Positions 21,056 to 30,867 of a stretch of DNA of 64,000 nucleotides are shown in pieces. The notes under the pieces were generated by a model, which searched no databases, had not been told where the DNA came from, and saw only the letters and a list, made by a program, of their open reading frames with translations. The first letter of the stretch is position 1; every line of letters starts with the position of its first letter. The position numbers and the translations under genes are program-made. The stretch lies in NCBI GenBank assembly GCA_017991375.1, contig JAGOQP010000003.1:17525-81524 (forward strand), given 5' to 3'. This DNA comes from Minisyncoccota bacterium (GTDB taxonomy: Bacteria > Patescibacteriota > Minisyncoccia > UBA6257 > JAGOQP01).

Positions 21056-23221
21056 ATGATTTCTCTTTCAACGCCGCTTACACAGGTAAAGGGCATAGGA
21101 TTGGTTGGAGCTCGTTTAGCGAAGCTTGGTTTGGCGACTATTAAGGATGTTTTGTATTATTTTCCATTTCGGTATCAAGATTTTTCTACCCTTTCAACCA
21201 TAGCTGACTTAAAAGACGGGAATGTCGCGACAGTATGTGGCACCGTTGAAAAGGTGAGTGTCTATCGTACGCCGCGGAAGAAAATGTGGATTGTGCAGGT
21301 AGTGGTGCGCGATGAGACCGGGCTGCTCTTTATTACGTGGTTCAATCAAAAGTTTATTGCAGGAACGCTCAAACAAGGAATGGAGATAAATGTCGCGGGG
21401 AAAGCTATTGCAGAGGGGAAGAAAATGACGATGCAGAGCCCCACGTATGAAATTATTTCACAAAAAAATACTACAGGGTCTCGGCATACAGGACGACTAG
21501 TTCCCATATATTCAGAAACTCCCGGGATTACCTCGCGAGGAATTCGTTTTGCGCTTTCAAAAATAATGCCACTCGTGAAAGACATTCCCGAATTTCTTCC
21601 AGATGATATCGTAGAGAGTAATTCGTTACTCTCATTATCTGACGCGTTGCAGAAAATACACTTTCCCACCTCTATAGAAGAAGCGCAAACCGCGCAACAT
21701 CGTTTTGCGTTTCAAGATCTTTTTCTGTTGCAGTTGGTGCATGGCATGGAACGGGCTCGACTAACACGTCAACCCGCGCACTCTTTTGCTTATGACCCGG
21801 GGGATATAAAAAAAAGGTTAGACACCCTACCATTTGAACTCACGCTTTCTCAAAAGAAAGCATTGGTGGAAATTCTTGATGATCTTAAAAAACCGTATCC
21901 CACTAATCGTTTACTTCAGGGCGACGTGGGGTCGGGTAAAACTATCGTTGCGGCACTGGCGGCGTTAGTGGTAGTACAACAAGGAAAACAGGTGGTATTT
22001 ATGGCGCCAACAGAAGTTCTTGCTGCTCAACACTACGCGACGTTCAAAAAATTTTTTAAAGATGTCTCTAATGGTGTAGCGCTTATGACCGCGTCACAGG
22101 CGGCGGTGTTCTTTGGTGACGGTTTGGAATCCCAACAAAGCAAAAAAGAAGTATTAAGCGAAATAAAAAAAGGGGAAATAGCCATTATTATCGGCACGCA
22201 CTCGGTTATTCAAAAGCATGTTGAGTTTAACGATGTGGCGTTTGTCGTAATTGATGAACAGCATCGATTTGGTGTTAGTCAGCGTTTTTTGCTTAGTCGC
22301 GCGTCTGCTCTCATGTTGCCGCACCTGCTTTCTATGTCGGCGACACCCATCCCGCGCACACTCGCGCTTACGGTTTTTGGCGATTTGAACCTCTCCATTA
22401 TCAACGAGCTTCCAAAAAACAGAAAAGGAATCATCACAAAAATTGTTCCTCCAACACAGCGAAATGACGCGTATGAATTTATCAGAAAACATATCCGTAG
22501 CGGTCATCAGGCGTTCGTTATTTGCCCTCGCATAGATCAAACGCAGATTGAGGCAGATAAAACATTGGGGGCGGATACTTTGTTTTCCTATCCCAACGTA
22601 TCTACGTCGCATTCACGTGCGTCGGTAGCGTGGGAGGTTAAGTCGGTTGTTCAGGAGTATGAAAAATTATCTCAAAAAGTATTTCCAGATCTTCGAGTGG
22701 GTATGCTTCATGGACGACTCAAGGCAAAAGAAAAGCAAGATATTATGCGTCGGTTCCAGGAGGGTGTGGTAGATATTCTTATTTCAACATCAGTGGTTGA
22801 GGTTGGCGTGGATGTTCCCAACGCGACCATTATGATGATTGAAGGGTCCGAACATTTTGGGTTGTCGCAACTGTATCAATTTCGTGGTCGCGTGGGTAGG
22901 AGCGATCATCAGTCGTATTGTTTTTTGTTCACCGATATACAATCGGCAACAACTCATGAGCGCATGAAGGCAGTAGTCAACGCGAAAAGCGGGTTTGAGC
23001 TTGCGGAAATAGATCTAAAACTGCGCGGCCCAGGGCAATTTTTAGGGCAGGAGCAAACGGGGCTTCCTGATTTGGCAATGAAGGCAATACAAAATCCGTT
23101 ACTGGTACAAAAGGCGCGCTCGGCGGCAGCGAATGTTATTTCTCGGGACCCATTACTAAAAAGAACTCCTTATCTACTTGCGTATGTGAATCTTTTTAAA
23201 GATCAAATTCATCTGGAATAG
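21056..23221 (+). CDS. recG: ATP-dependent DNA helicase RecG
   Basis: N-terminal wedge/OB domain, helicase motifs GDVGSGKT, DEQHRFG, and a C-terminal helicase domain. Confidence 0.9.
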   Translation: MISLSTPLTQVKGIGLVGARLAKLGLATIKDVLYYFPFRYQDFSTLSTIADLKDGNVATVCGTVEKVSVYRTPRKKMWIVQVVVRDETGLLFITWFNQKFIAGTLKQGMEINVAGKAIAEGKKMTMQSPTYEIISQKNTTGSRHTGRLVPIYSETPGITSRGIRFALSKIMPLVKDIPEFLPDDIVESNSLLSLSDALQKIHFPTSIEEAQTAQHRFAFQDLFLLQLVHGMERARLTRQPAHSFAYDPGDIKKRLDTLPFELTLSQKKALVEILDDLKKPYPTNRLLQGDVGSGKTIVAALAALVVVQQGKQVVFMAPTEVLAAQHYATFKKFFKDVSNGVALMTASQAAVFFGDGLESQQSKKEVLSEIKKGEIAIIIGTHSVIQKHVEFNDVAFVVIDEQHRFGVSQRFLLSRASALMLPHLLSMSATPIPRTLALTVFGDLNLSIINELPKNRKGIITKIVPPTQRNDAYEFIRKHIRSGHQAFVICPRIDQTQIEADKTLGADTLFSYPNVSTSHSRASVAWEVKSVVQEYEKLSQKVFPDLRVGMLHGRLKAKEKQDIMRRFQEGVVDILISTSVVEVGVDVPNATIMMIEGSEHFGLSQLYQFRGRVGRSDHQSYCFLFTDIQSATTHERMKAVVNAKSGFELAEIDLKLRGPGQFLGQEQTGLPDLAMKAIQNPLLVQKARSAAANVISRDPLLKRTPYLLAYVNLFKDQIHLE

Positions 23222-23261
23222 CAAAAACATCCCTCTCTTTGACGTTGAACGTGTGGGGGTT

Positions 23262-23759
23262 TTATATACCGAGTAATTTAGAAAAAAGATCCGAGAGCGA
23301 TGGCTCTATTTTTTTCTTTGGTAAATGTATTTTCAAAAACGTTTCTATCTTCTCTATATCATTTTTCCAGATGCGGGCGCGTACCATTGAGCGTAGTCGT
23401 TCTTTGGGGGCAAAATAAAGCTCATATTCCTGTTCGTGATATTCTACGACATCAAAATGACTATACTTTTCATAGGGAAGATGCTGATAGCCGTCTATGA
23501 TGAGTTCTGTTTCAGTAAGTTTGAACGAGTGTGTCTCTGCTTGTTGTGTTGAAAGAAACAGTACAACACCAGTTGCCAGAATAACAAAAATTCCAAACAA
23601 AAAATTTTTTTGCCACACCGCGAATATAAGCAACACCGCCATAACACCTAGAACAACAAGATAAAAAACATCGCCGCGCTCTCGGTCGTCGCGCGTTTTT
23701 ATGTCCCATGACATGGAAATGGGTTTTTGCTCTTTGTCGTCAACGTGAGATTCGTGCAT
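23262..23759 (-). CDS. hypothetical membrane protein
   Basis: 165 aa with two TM helices after an acidic N-terminus. Confidence 0.5.
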   Translation of the reverse strand: MHESHVDDKEQKPISMSWDIKTRDDRERGDVFYLVVLGVMAVLLIFAVWQKNFLFGIFVILATGVVLFLSTQQAETHSFKLTETELIIDGYQHLPYEKYSHFDVVEYHEQEYELYFAPKERLRSMVRARIWKNDIEKIETFLKIHLPKKKIEPSLSDLFSKLLGI

Positions 23760-23792
23760 AGCGTGTATATAGTGCTAGTGTACCACAAATGT

Positions 23793-25490
23793 TTATATAT
23801 GCTCCAACGCGCTAATTCCCAAAAGAGCGAGCCCCTCTTTAATAGTTCGAGAAACAGTCCTAATAACCACCAGCCGAGCATCTCGACGGCGCTTGAGAGT
23901 GTCTTTCAGAATAGGTGTTGTTTCGTAGTATTTATTTGCTTCTGAGGCCAACGAAAAAAGATAGTCCGCGATATGATGAGCCGACGCGTCTCGATACGCG
24001 GCGGTGACGGCGTCGTAATATCCAAACAATGTTCGTAATAGAGGAATATCTGAGTCGTCTAATAGCGAAAAAGATGGGCGAGTAAACAATGGTCCTTTTT
24101 TGACGATACGTGAAAGCCGTGCGTATACATACTGAATGTATGGGCCGCTATTTCCACTCAGCGAAAGCGCGGCTCGTGGATCAAAGACAATATCAGAATC
24201 TCTGCGATCTTTGAGAAGGTTATATTTGAGCGCCGCCACACCAACGGCGTTAGATACGGAGTGAATCTGTTTTGAGGTGTAGCGAGGGTTTTTTTCTATA
24301 ACAAGGATTTCTTCAAGAGCAATGAGTTCGTTAATAATGTCTTGAGCAGAAATAATATTTCCCTCGCGAGTGGCGAGTTTTTTCCCGTTGGCTCCTAGCA
24401 CCATCCCGAACGCAATATGTTCAAGTCCGGTGCTCGTTATGCCAAGTATTTTTGCAACAGCAAATAGTTGTTTAAAATGTAAATTTTGTTGGTCCGCAAC
24501 TACATACAAACAGCGCGTGGGGGAGTAGGCGTCAACGCGATAGCGCAAGCTCACCAAATCTCGTGTTAAATATAGCGTTGCTCCATCGCTCTTTTGAATA
24601 AGAGCGGGCGGCATTTGTTCTCCAAGATCAATTATAAGTGCCCCGTCACTTTTTTTAGCAACACCAGACGAAACCAAATGTTCGATAAACGGCTTTAGAA
24701 ACGGTTCGTAAAAACTTTCTCCTTTAATAACGTCAAACGAAATATCAAGCTGGCGATATATGCCCGCGAATGCTTTAAGTGACAATTTTACAAACCATTG
24801 CCAGAGCGCTCGTGTTTTTTTCTCTCCTCGCTCGAGATTAGCGAATGTTTCTTGAGCTCTAGTGAGCATTTCAGGATTGGTCGCTAATTCACTATTGTAT
24901 CGAACATAGAGGGCTAGGAGAGTTCCAATGGGGTCGCGCTCAACTTCTTTTTTTACTCCCCACTGTTGATAGGCGGCCAAAAGCATTCCAAATTGCGTTC
25001 CCCAATCACCAAGATGGTTCCATCGCACAACCGAATACCCCAGTCGTTCATAGAGACGCGCCAGAAAATCTCCAATCAGCGTGGCGCGCAAGTGTCCAAT
25101 ATGCATTGGTTTTGCCACATTGGGAGATGAATAATCAATAACCACGCGCTGTTTTTTCCCAACAGCGCTCATGTGTTTGTTGTGTGCTAAAAAGGAATTG
25201 AGGCCATTCGCGTACAAAAACGGCGATACAAAAAAATTCAAAAACCCATTTCCCGCAACCTCTACTCGCTCAACTCCTTCAGGAAGATGCTCTTGTATCT
25301 TTTTTTGAATCTCTTGTGCGATAGAAAGAGGGGGTTTTTTTGTTATGCGAGACAGCGAAAACGCGATGGTGCTAGAGTAATCGCCAAATGTTTCGCGGTC
25401 TTTAGTTTCAACATCAAACAACACCGGCTGATTGGTGTGCTCTTTAGCGATGCCGTTTAGAATTAAATGGATATAATCTTTTGGAAGCAT
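23793..25490 (-). CDS. argS: arginyl-tRNA synthetase
   Basis: PNVAKPMHIGHLRATLIGD (HIGH) and a C-terminal DALK anticodon-binding domain. The start is probably MLPKDYI; the ORF extends to 25562 through an upstream inverted repeat. Confidence 0.88.
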   Translation of the reverse strand: MLPKDYIHLILNGIAKEHTNQPVLFDVETKDRETFGDYSSTIAFSLSRITKKPPLSIAQEIQKKIQEHLPEGVERVEVAGNGFLNFFVSPFLYANGLNSFLAHNKHMSAVGKKQRVVIDYSSPNVAKPMHIGHLRATLIGDFLARLYERLGYSVVRWNHLGDWGTQFGMLLAAYQQWGVKKEVERDPIGTLLALYVRYNSELATNPEMLTRAQETFANLERGEKKTRALWQWFVKLSLKAFAGIYRQLDISFDVIKGESFYEPFLKPFIEHLVSSGVAKKSDGALIIDLGEQMPPALIQKSDGATLYLTRDLVSLRYRVDAYSPTRCLYVVADQQNLHFKQLFAVAKILGITSTGLEHIAFGMVLGANGKKLATREGNIISAQDIINELIALEEILVIEKNPRYTSKQIHSVSNAVGVAALKYNLLKDRRDSDIVFDPRAALSLSGNSGPYIQYVYARLSRIVKKGPLFTRPSFSLLDDSDIPLLRTLFGYYDAVTAAYRDASAHHIADYLFSLASEANKYYETTPILKDTLKRRRDARLVVIRTVSRTIKEGLALLGISALEHI

Positions 25491-25703
25491 GGGGGTAGTG
25501 ATTGGTGAATAGTGATCAGTGTGAGGACAAATAATCCACCGCTCATTGTGACTTTTACTCACTAGTCACTGTACACTATTCACTTATTTTAACACAATGT
25601 ATTACCGAACGTCACTTTTCCACATGAGAAGATCGGATGTGGTATACTTATCATATGAGCCGCTTTGTAGGCGGGGTCGAGGTAATATACGAAATAAAAA
25701 CAT

Positions 25704-25943
25704 ATGCCAACAAAGAAATTAAATGTATTGGATTGGATAGCGCTGATTCTTGTGGTGATTGGTGGGCTCAATTGGGGCCTAATCGGCGCGCTCAACTTCA
25801 ATCTAGTCACGACATTGGTAGGTATGTGGCCATTTGTTGAATCGCTGGTGTATATGATTGTCGGTATCGCGGCAATCTATGTCCTGGTTGTTATGCCCGG
25901 ATTCTTGCGTTGCTGCAAATCGTGCCAGGTGCAAAATCAGTAA
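25704..25943 (+). CDS. DUF378-family small membrane protein
   Basis: LILVVIGGLNWGLIGALNFNLV matches the DUF378 signature. Confidence 0.7.
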   Translation: MPTKKLNVLDWIALILVVIGGLNWGLIGALNFNLVTTLVGMWPFVESLVYMIVGIAAIYVLVVMPGFLRCCKSCQVQNQ

Positions 25944-26102
25944 ACACTCAAAATCCCGTCTTTGTGGTGAGGTTAATAAGGCGGGATTTTGTTTTTTTTG
26001 GCATATTTCGTATGGTATGATGTGGACGATAGCGATGTCCGCAAAATTATCTTCTTTTTTGATTTGTTTTTTCTTAGATTAGATTTTTCACTGCTAATAT
26101 TT

Positions 26103-26140
26103 TTGACCCCTTTTTTCACGATCGTGAAAAAAGGGGTCAA
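26103..26140. repeat. 38-bp perfect palindrome, copy 1 of 3
   Basis: TTGACCCCTTTTTTCACGATCGTGAAAAAAGGGGTCAA; identical copies at 28205 and 63580. Confidence 0.95.
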
Positions 26141-26305
26141 ATGGGGTAGTTACATTGTGGTTTATCATGGTTATAATTCACCACAGTCATGGTCTATCAC
26201 AGTGGTGGGTCATCAGAAAGCGAGTAATTAAATAAAGAGGGTGGCTAAGAAAGCGTCGTTGTTATTTTTATTTAATGAGCTACGCGCGTTTTTTGTGTTA
26301 ACTAT

Positions 26306-27103
26306 ATGCGCTTGTCCCCACATAGTATACGAGTGTTTCAAAAAACCGTTTTGCGGTATTTTGATAAACACAAACGAGATTTTCCATGGCGTCGTGGCGT
26401 AACACCATACAAAACACTTGTGTCGGAGATAATGCTTCAGCAAACACAAGCAGATCGTGTGGCAAAATACTTTCCCCGTTTTATAAAACAATTTCCGACC
26501 ATCCAAGCGCTTGCTCAAGCTTCTATCACGCGTGTTCTTCGGGCGTGGCAAGGACTTGGATATAATCGTCGGGCGTTATTTTTGCATCGATGCGCGCAAC
26601 ACATAGTCCGCCAACACAAAGGGGCAATTCCTAACACTATAAGTGAGCTCGACGCGCTCCCAGGAGTGGGATACGCGACCGCGTGTTCCATAGTGGCGTT
26701 TGCCTACAATAAACCGACTGTTTTTATAGAAACCAATATACGAAGCGTGTATATTCATCACTTTTTCAAAAATAAAAAGAATATTTCCGATGCGACGCTT
26801 ATATCTCTGGTCAAACAAACACTCTATTCAAAAAACCCTCGGCGGTGGTATTCGGCGCTCATGGATTATGGAACGATTCTTAAAAAAAGAGAGGCAAACC
26901 CTTCTCGCCAAAGTGCTCACTATATAAAACAAAAACCATTTAAAGGATCAACGCGCCAAATTCGCGGACGTATTGTAAAAGAACTTTTAAAAAGAAAGGA
27001 TGCCAAAGATATTGTGCGACTTCTCAAAAATGTCGGATTTGGTGAAGCAGCAATAAAAAAATCCCTCTCGACTCTCAAAAAGGAGGGATTTACGGGCCTG
27101 TAA
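26306..27103 (+). CDS. HhH-GPD DNA glycosylase (MutY/Nth family) lacking the Fe-S Cys cluster
   Basis: FPWR, VSEIMLQQTQ, LGYNRRA, LPGVGYATA are HhH-GPD signatures. There is no C-x6-C-x2-C-x5-C cluster. Confidence 0.75.
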   Translation: MRLSPHSIRVFQKTVLRYFDKHKRDFPWRRGVTPYKTLVSEIMLQQTQADRVAKYFPRFIKQFPTIQALAQASITRVLRAWQGLGYNRRALFLHRCAQHIVRQHKGAIPNTISELDALPGVGYATACSIVAFAYNKPTVFIETNIRSVYIHHFFKNKKNISDATLISLVKQTLYSKNPRRWYSALMDYGTILKKREANPSRQSAHYIKQKPFKGSTRQIRGRIVKELLKRKDAKDIVRLLKNVGFGEAAIKKSLSTLKKEGFTGL

Positions 27104-27157
27104 AACTCTTTCTCCTTTCTTGTGGCAGGGCGCGTCAAGATGGTATAGTGTGAATAT

Positions 27158-28150
27158 ATGGAAAAATATCTCGTTGACGTGTTTACTGGTGTGCGGCCGT
27201 CTCACACACTCACGATTGCAAATTACATCGGTGCGATAAAGCCGATTATTGATTTACAAAAAAAAGGCGCGCGCCCAGTAGTGTTTGTCGCGGATCTTCA
27301 CGCGCTTACTGATAACGAACCAAAACAGATTGGACAGTATATACAGGAAATAGCCGCTGATTACATCGCGCTCGGACTGGATCCCGAAAAAACGAGCATT
27401 TTTACCCAGTCGGCAATCAGAGAGGAAGTGCTTACGTTAACGGCGTATCTGGCGCGATTAATATCTGTTGCCGAACTACTGCGCGTGCCAACACTCAAAG
27501 ATAAACTAAAATCAGGAGCGCGCCCCGAGACAGCTAACGCGTTGTTGTTTCTGTATCCGGTACTTATGGCGGCTGATATTTTAATTCAGCGTGCTCAGCG
27601 TGTTCCTGTGGGCGAGGACCAATTGGCGCATCTTGAAGTGTCGCGAGAACTTGCTCGACGCTTTAACCAAAAGTATAAAACAGTATTCCCATTGCCTCAG
27701 CCGTATGTCACCAAAGCATTGCGTATTATGTCGTTGGACGGTAAGGGGAAAATGAGTAAAAGCAATCCCGATGGCGCGTTTTTACTCACCGACACCCCCG
27801 CTCACATTCGCGCGAAAATAAAAAAGGCGGCAACGGCAACTGAAGGAAACATAACAGACGTTCTAAAAAGTCACTGCTCCATTATTGAGCACATCGGAAC
27901 AGAAAAAGAAAACGAACTTATGGGCGCCATCATCAAAAAGCATAAAAAAGGAGAAAAGGTTATGGGGGAGTTTAAGACATTGCTTGGAGATTGCGTAGAA
28001 CGTTTTTTGGTGGGATTTCAAGAAAAACGTGCTCAAGTATTGGGAAATAAAAATTTCGTCCCGCTGGTTTTAGAAAAAGGAAATGGTTTTGCGCGTGAAA
28101 ACGCGTCGCGCACGTTGGAGTTGGTAGAAAAAGCGATGAAAGAAAGATAA
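27158..28150 (+). CDS. trpS: tryptophanyl-tRNA synthetase
   Basis: GVRPSHTLTIANYIGA (HIGH-like), KMSKS; about 330 aa, class Ic. Confidence 0.85.
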   Translation: MEKYLVDVFTGVRPSHTLTIANYIGAIKPIIDLQKKGARPVVFVADLHALTDNEPKQIGQYIQEIAADYIALGLDPEKTSIFTQSAIREEVLTLTAYLARLISVAELLRVPTLKDKLKSGARPETANALLFLYPVLMAADILIQRAQRVPVGEDQLAHLEVSRELARRFNQKYKTVFPLPQPYVTKALRIMSLDGKGKMSKSNPDGAFLLTDTPAHIRAKIKKAATATEGNITDVLKSHCSIIEHIGTEKENELMGAIIKKHKKGEKVMGEFKTLLGDCVERFLVGFQEKRAQVLGNKNFVPLVLEKGNGFARENASRTLELVEKAMKER

Positions 28151-28204
28151 TACATGATGCGAATATACTAATAGCGCGAATCCGCCACTACCTATTATAG
28201 TAGA

Positions 28205-28242
28205 TTGACCCCTTTTTTCACGATCGTGAAAAAAGGGGTCAA
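28205..28242. repeat. 38-bp perfect palindrome, copy 2 of 3
   Basis: Identical to 26103-26140. Confidence 0.95.
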
Positions 28243-28267
28243 TCCATGGCGAACGAATGACTACGAA

Positions 28268-28293
28268 TGGGAAGGAATCATTAATCTTTCATC
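28268..28293. repeat. left inverted repeat of the pair bounding the 28.27-29.76 kb segment
   Basis: GGAATCATTAATCTTTCATCCTTAAT. Its reverse complement matches 29728-29760 across a 20-nt identical core TTAATCTTTCATCCTTAAT. Confidence 0.6.
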
Positions 28294-28498
28294 CTTAATT
28301 ATTGACCGCACAGTGCTTATCCTTAATCATTAATCGCACACTGTCGACCCATAACTCGTTCCACATTTATCATTCACGTTTCACTAAAAAGGCTATCCTT
28401 GACGGAAAGCTTTTTTTGTAGTACGTTTGTTTTTAGCATTCTGACAATGTGTCCCGAGTCAACAAACAAACCAGCCAGAGAAAGAGGGGAGAAACGCT

Positions 28499-28927
28499 AT
28501 GTCTCATTACCCAATTTCTGACTGTACCAAGTGTGACGTAGCGACTTGTATTCACAGGAGAGCTGCGTACGTAGAAAAAACAACGCAGAGATTTTCGGTT
28601 TCTCATCATCAGAGAAAACCAGTATGCGGTAGGATTTCTTTGCCACAAGTAGGTATTGAGAGCGATTGCAGAGCTGAGGTTTTCAATATGACAAAAGAGG
28701 CGCTCCGACGCATTTCTTTTCACGTCCGAGCTTCGCGTGCTCGCGAGATTTTTGTTCTTGTGTTGTTAGAGGAAATTCGTTCAACCATTGTTGGTCGTTA
28801 CCACGAGAACAGCGCGATGGGAATGATCGGCGATGAAGTGATGACGTTGTTACAGGATCTTGTGGCTCACGAAAGCTCGCAAGCTTCACCGCCATCCGCT
28901 CAAAAGAGCGACACTTCTTCTAGGTGA
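28499..28927 (+). CDS. hypothetical protein
   Basis: RBS GAGGGG 8 nt upstream; 142 aa; no recognisable family. Confidence 0.45.
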   Translation: MSHYPISDCTKCDVATCIHRRAAYVEKTTQRFSVSHHQRKPVCGRISLPQVGIESDCRAEVFNMTKEALRRISFHVRASRAREIFVLVLLEEIRSTIVGRYHENSAMGMIGDEVMTLLQDLVAHESSQASPPSAQKSDTSSR

Positions 28928-28956
28928 GCGCCTTCTAAGGAATTTCAGAGGGGGCT

Positions 28957-28992
28957 TGACAAATCTTTTGTAGTGTGCTAAGATGTATCTCG
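28957..28992 (+). promoter_or_regulatory. sigma70-type promoter driving the GC-rich locus
   Basis: TTGACA, a 17-nt spacer, then TAAGAT. Confidence 0.5.
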
Positions 28993-28994
28993 TA

Positions 28995-29697
28995 CACTAC
29001 AACGGAGGGAAGATGCACAGGCGCCCAAGAGACAACCCGTACTAGCTACTCAGGACAAGCCGCTCTGGCACGGTATTCGCTCACTCCACGGTTTGGGGGA
29101 GCGAAGCGGAAAGGGCATAGGTACTCCATCTGGGGGATGCTCTTTCGTGCCGTGCCGCCACTGCGCTACAGTGTCATCGTCGACGCTGTAGCACGGCCGC
29201 CCCATGCGGCGGCAGAGAGGAGGGCACTGTAGTGCCCATCGTCGAGGTCCGAGGTGGACCTTAGCCCGCTAAGATAGCACGATCGCCCCAAGAGGATTTT
29301 ATTAAAGTAGACCTCTTGGAGAAGGAAAGAACCAAAGGATCAGCATGTCAAAGGCGGGCGAGGGCAAAGCCCATGCGTCCCCTCCCTTCTCTACCTAAGA
29401 AGAAACGGCATGACTCACTACGAGTCGTCTGCCGTCTCTTAGGTCAAACCCTGCGGGAAGAATGCTGGCTTGCCAGGAATCTTCTCGCGACAAGCGCGAA
29501 CCTCGAAACGAAAAAGGTTCTCGGTGCCCCGTGTGTGACACGGGCGCACCGAGACCACAACCACGAGGAGCTCAACAAGAGCTTTAGTCGCCGATACAGC
29601 GAGCGCGTAGCACACTCTCGACACTTGCGGTCCGGTGGAATGATTGAAGCCGGAACCGTAGCCCTGCACCACCTGGTGTGGGGCGTTTTTTTATGCG
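28995..29697 (+). ncRNA. candidate large structured non-coding RNA (about 700 nt; identity unknown)
   Basis: GC content is far above the surroundings. It contains many near-perfect GC-rich hairpins, for example GCCGCC..GGCGGC, GGGCACTGTAGTGCCC, CCAAGAGG..CCTCTTGG and GGTGCCCCGTGTGTGACACGGGCGCACC. No ORF exceeds 130 aa, and the translations are Arg-rich nonsense. It ends in the terminator CCACCTGGTGTGGGGCG followed by TTTTTTT. Confidence 0.4.
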
Positions 29698-29727
29698 ATT
29701 AACGACGAATGTGGAAAAAGCAATTGG

Positions 29728-29760
29728 CTACAATTAATGATTAAGGATGAAAGATTAACG
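29728..29760. repeat. right inverted repeat of the pair bounding the 28.27-29.76 kb segment
   Basis: CAATTAATGATTAAGGATGAAAGATTAACGATCC, whose reverse complement is GGATCGTTAATCTTTCATCCTTAATCATTAATTG. Confidence 0.6.
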
Positions 29761-29818
29761 ATCCCCCCTGTTTTTTTAGGTTAAGGATTAATAGTCAACG
29801 ATAAACTATTTCTCTCCG

Positions 29819-30547
29819 CTATTCCCTCACCAATATCATCAGTACGATACCCGCAATAAAAATGAAAAAGTTTAATATAGATTTTCCCAAATGTTTTTCT
29901 TTTCGTATTTCTGGCATCAAATCTGAAGCGGCAATATAAATAAATCCTCCCGCGGCAAATGGCAATAAGTAGGGAAGTATATGTTCAAGAGGTGTGCGCA
30001 CTAGATATCCCGCTATACCTCCCAATACTACAAAGAGCGATACGGTGTAATTGGCAATAAGCGCTTTAAGGCGATTAAACCCCGCGTGAAGCAACACGCC
30101 AAAATCTCCAATTTCTTGAGGAATCTCATGCAACGCAATGGCGATTGTTGTGGCTATTCCGAGAGGAATGTCGACCAGAAATGAGCTTGCGATCACAAGG
30201 CCGTCTATAAAATTATGAAGTGAATCGCCAAATAAATTCATGTGGCCGAGCGTGTGTACTTCACATATTCCTTTGTGACAGTGCCGCCAGTGGAGAATTT
30301 TTTCCATTAAAAAGAAAAAAACAAAAGCTCCCAAGGTGATGATAAAAAGCATTTCGGGGTGAATTTTTTCCGCTGCCTCGGGGAGTAAATGTATAAAAGC
30401 GCCGCCAATAAGCGCTCCAGCTGAAAACGAAACAAGATAAATAGTGATAGCGGGAAGCGACTCCTCCTTTTTTACATACAAAAAAGCAACGGCGATAAAT
30501 ATACACAGCGTTATCGAAAACGTCGCTAGTAAAATAAATAGAAGCAT
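29819..30547 (-). CDS. zupT: ZIP family metal (zinc) transporter
   Basis: HNFIDGL and HEIPQEIGDFGVL motifs; multi-TM. Confidence 0.8.
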   Translation of the reverse strand: MLLFILLATFSITLCIFIAVAFLYVKKEESLPAITIYLVSFSAGALIGGAFIHLLPEAAEKIHPEMLFIITLGAFVFFFLMEKILHWRHCHKGICEVHTLGHMNLFGDSLHNFIDGLVIASSFLVDIPLGIATTIAIALHEIPQEIGDFGVLLHAGFNRLKALIANYTVSLFVVLGGIAGYLVRTPLEHILPYLLPFAAGGFIYIAASDLMPEIRKEKHLGKSILNFFIFIAGIVLMILVRE

Positions 30548-30575
30548 ACGCTATACCACTTGCCGCTTTTTTGCG

Positions 30576-30845
30576 CTACATTCCCAAAAATTCAAGTAGT
30601 TTATAAACCACAAACGCCGGCCATACCGCGGCCTTCAACACTCCGAGCACCCCGACCCAAAACGTATCCGCGTGCTGGATAAAATATACAGCCGCTCCAA
30701 TAAAGCCGATACCATAAAGTCCACACGAGGCCCCTGCTCGGTGGCTCTTTTTTGATCCGCACCATTTTTTAAAGCACGAGCAACATTCGTTGCATTGCTG
30801 AGTGCATGCACACTGTTCTTTTTCCATATAGGAGACATTATACAC
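30576..30845 (-). CDS. Cys-rich small membrane protein
   Basis: N-terminal CACTQQCNECCSCFKKWC followed by two TM helices. The start is ambiguous: GTG at 30845 or ATG at 30827. Confidence 0.45.
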   Translation of the reverse strand: MYNVSYMEKEQCACTQQCNECCSCFKKWCGSKKSHRAGASCGLYGIGFIGAAVYFIQHADTFWVGVLGVLKAAVWPAFVVYKLLEFLGM

Positions 30846-30867
30846 CCAAAACGTTGATGGTCAAAAA

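Noticed and set aside
28995-29697. RNase P RNA, tmRNA or SRP RNA as the identity of the GC-rich locus
   Set aside because: The RNase P P4 and CR motifs are absent: no GGAAAGTCCGG, GGGTGAAA or ACAGAANCCGGCTTA. There is no tRNA-like TTCGA T-arm or terminal CCA pairing that tmRNA would need. There is no SRP domain IV GGAAGGAAGCAGC. The identity is left open.
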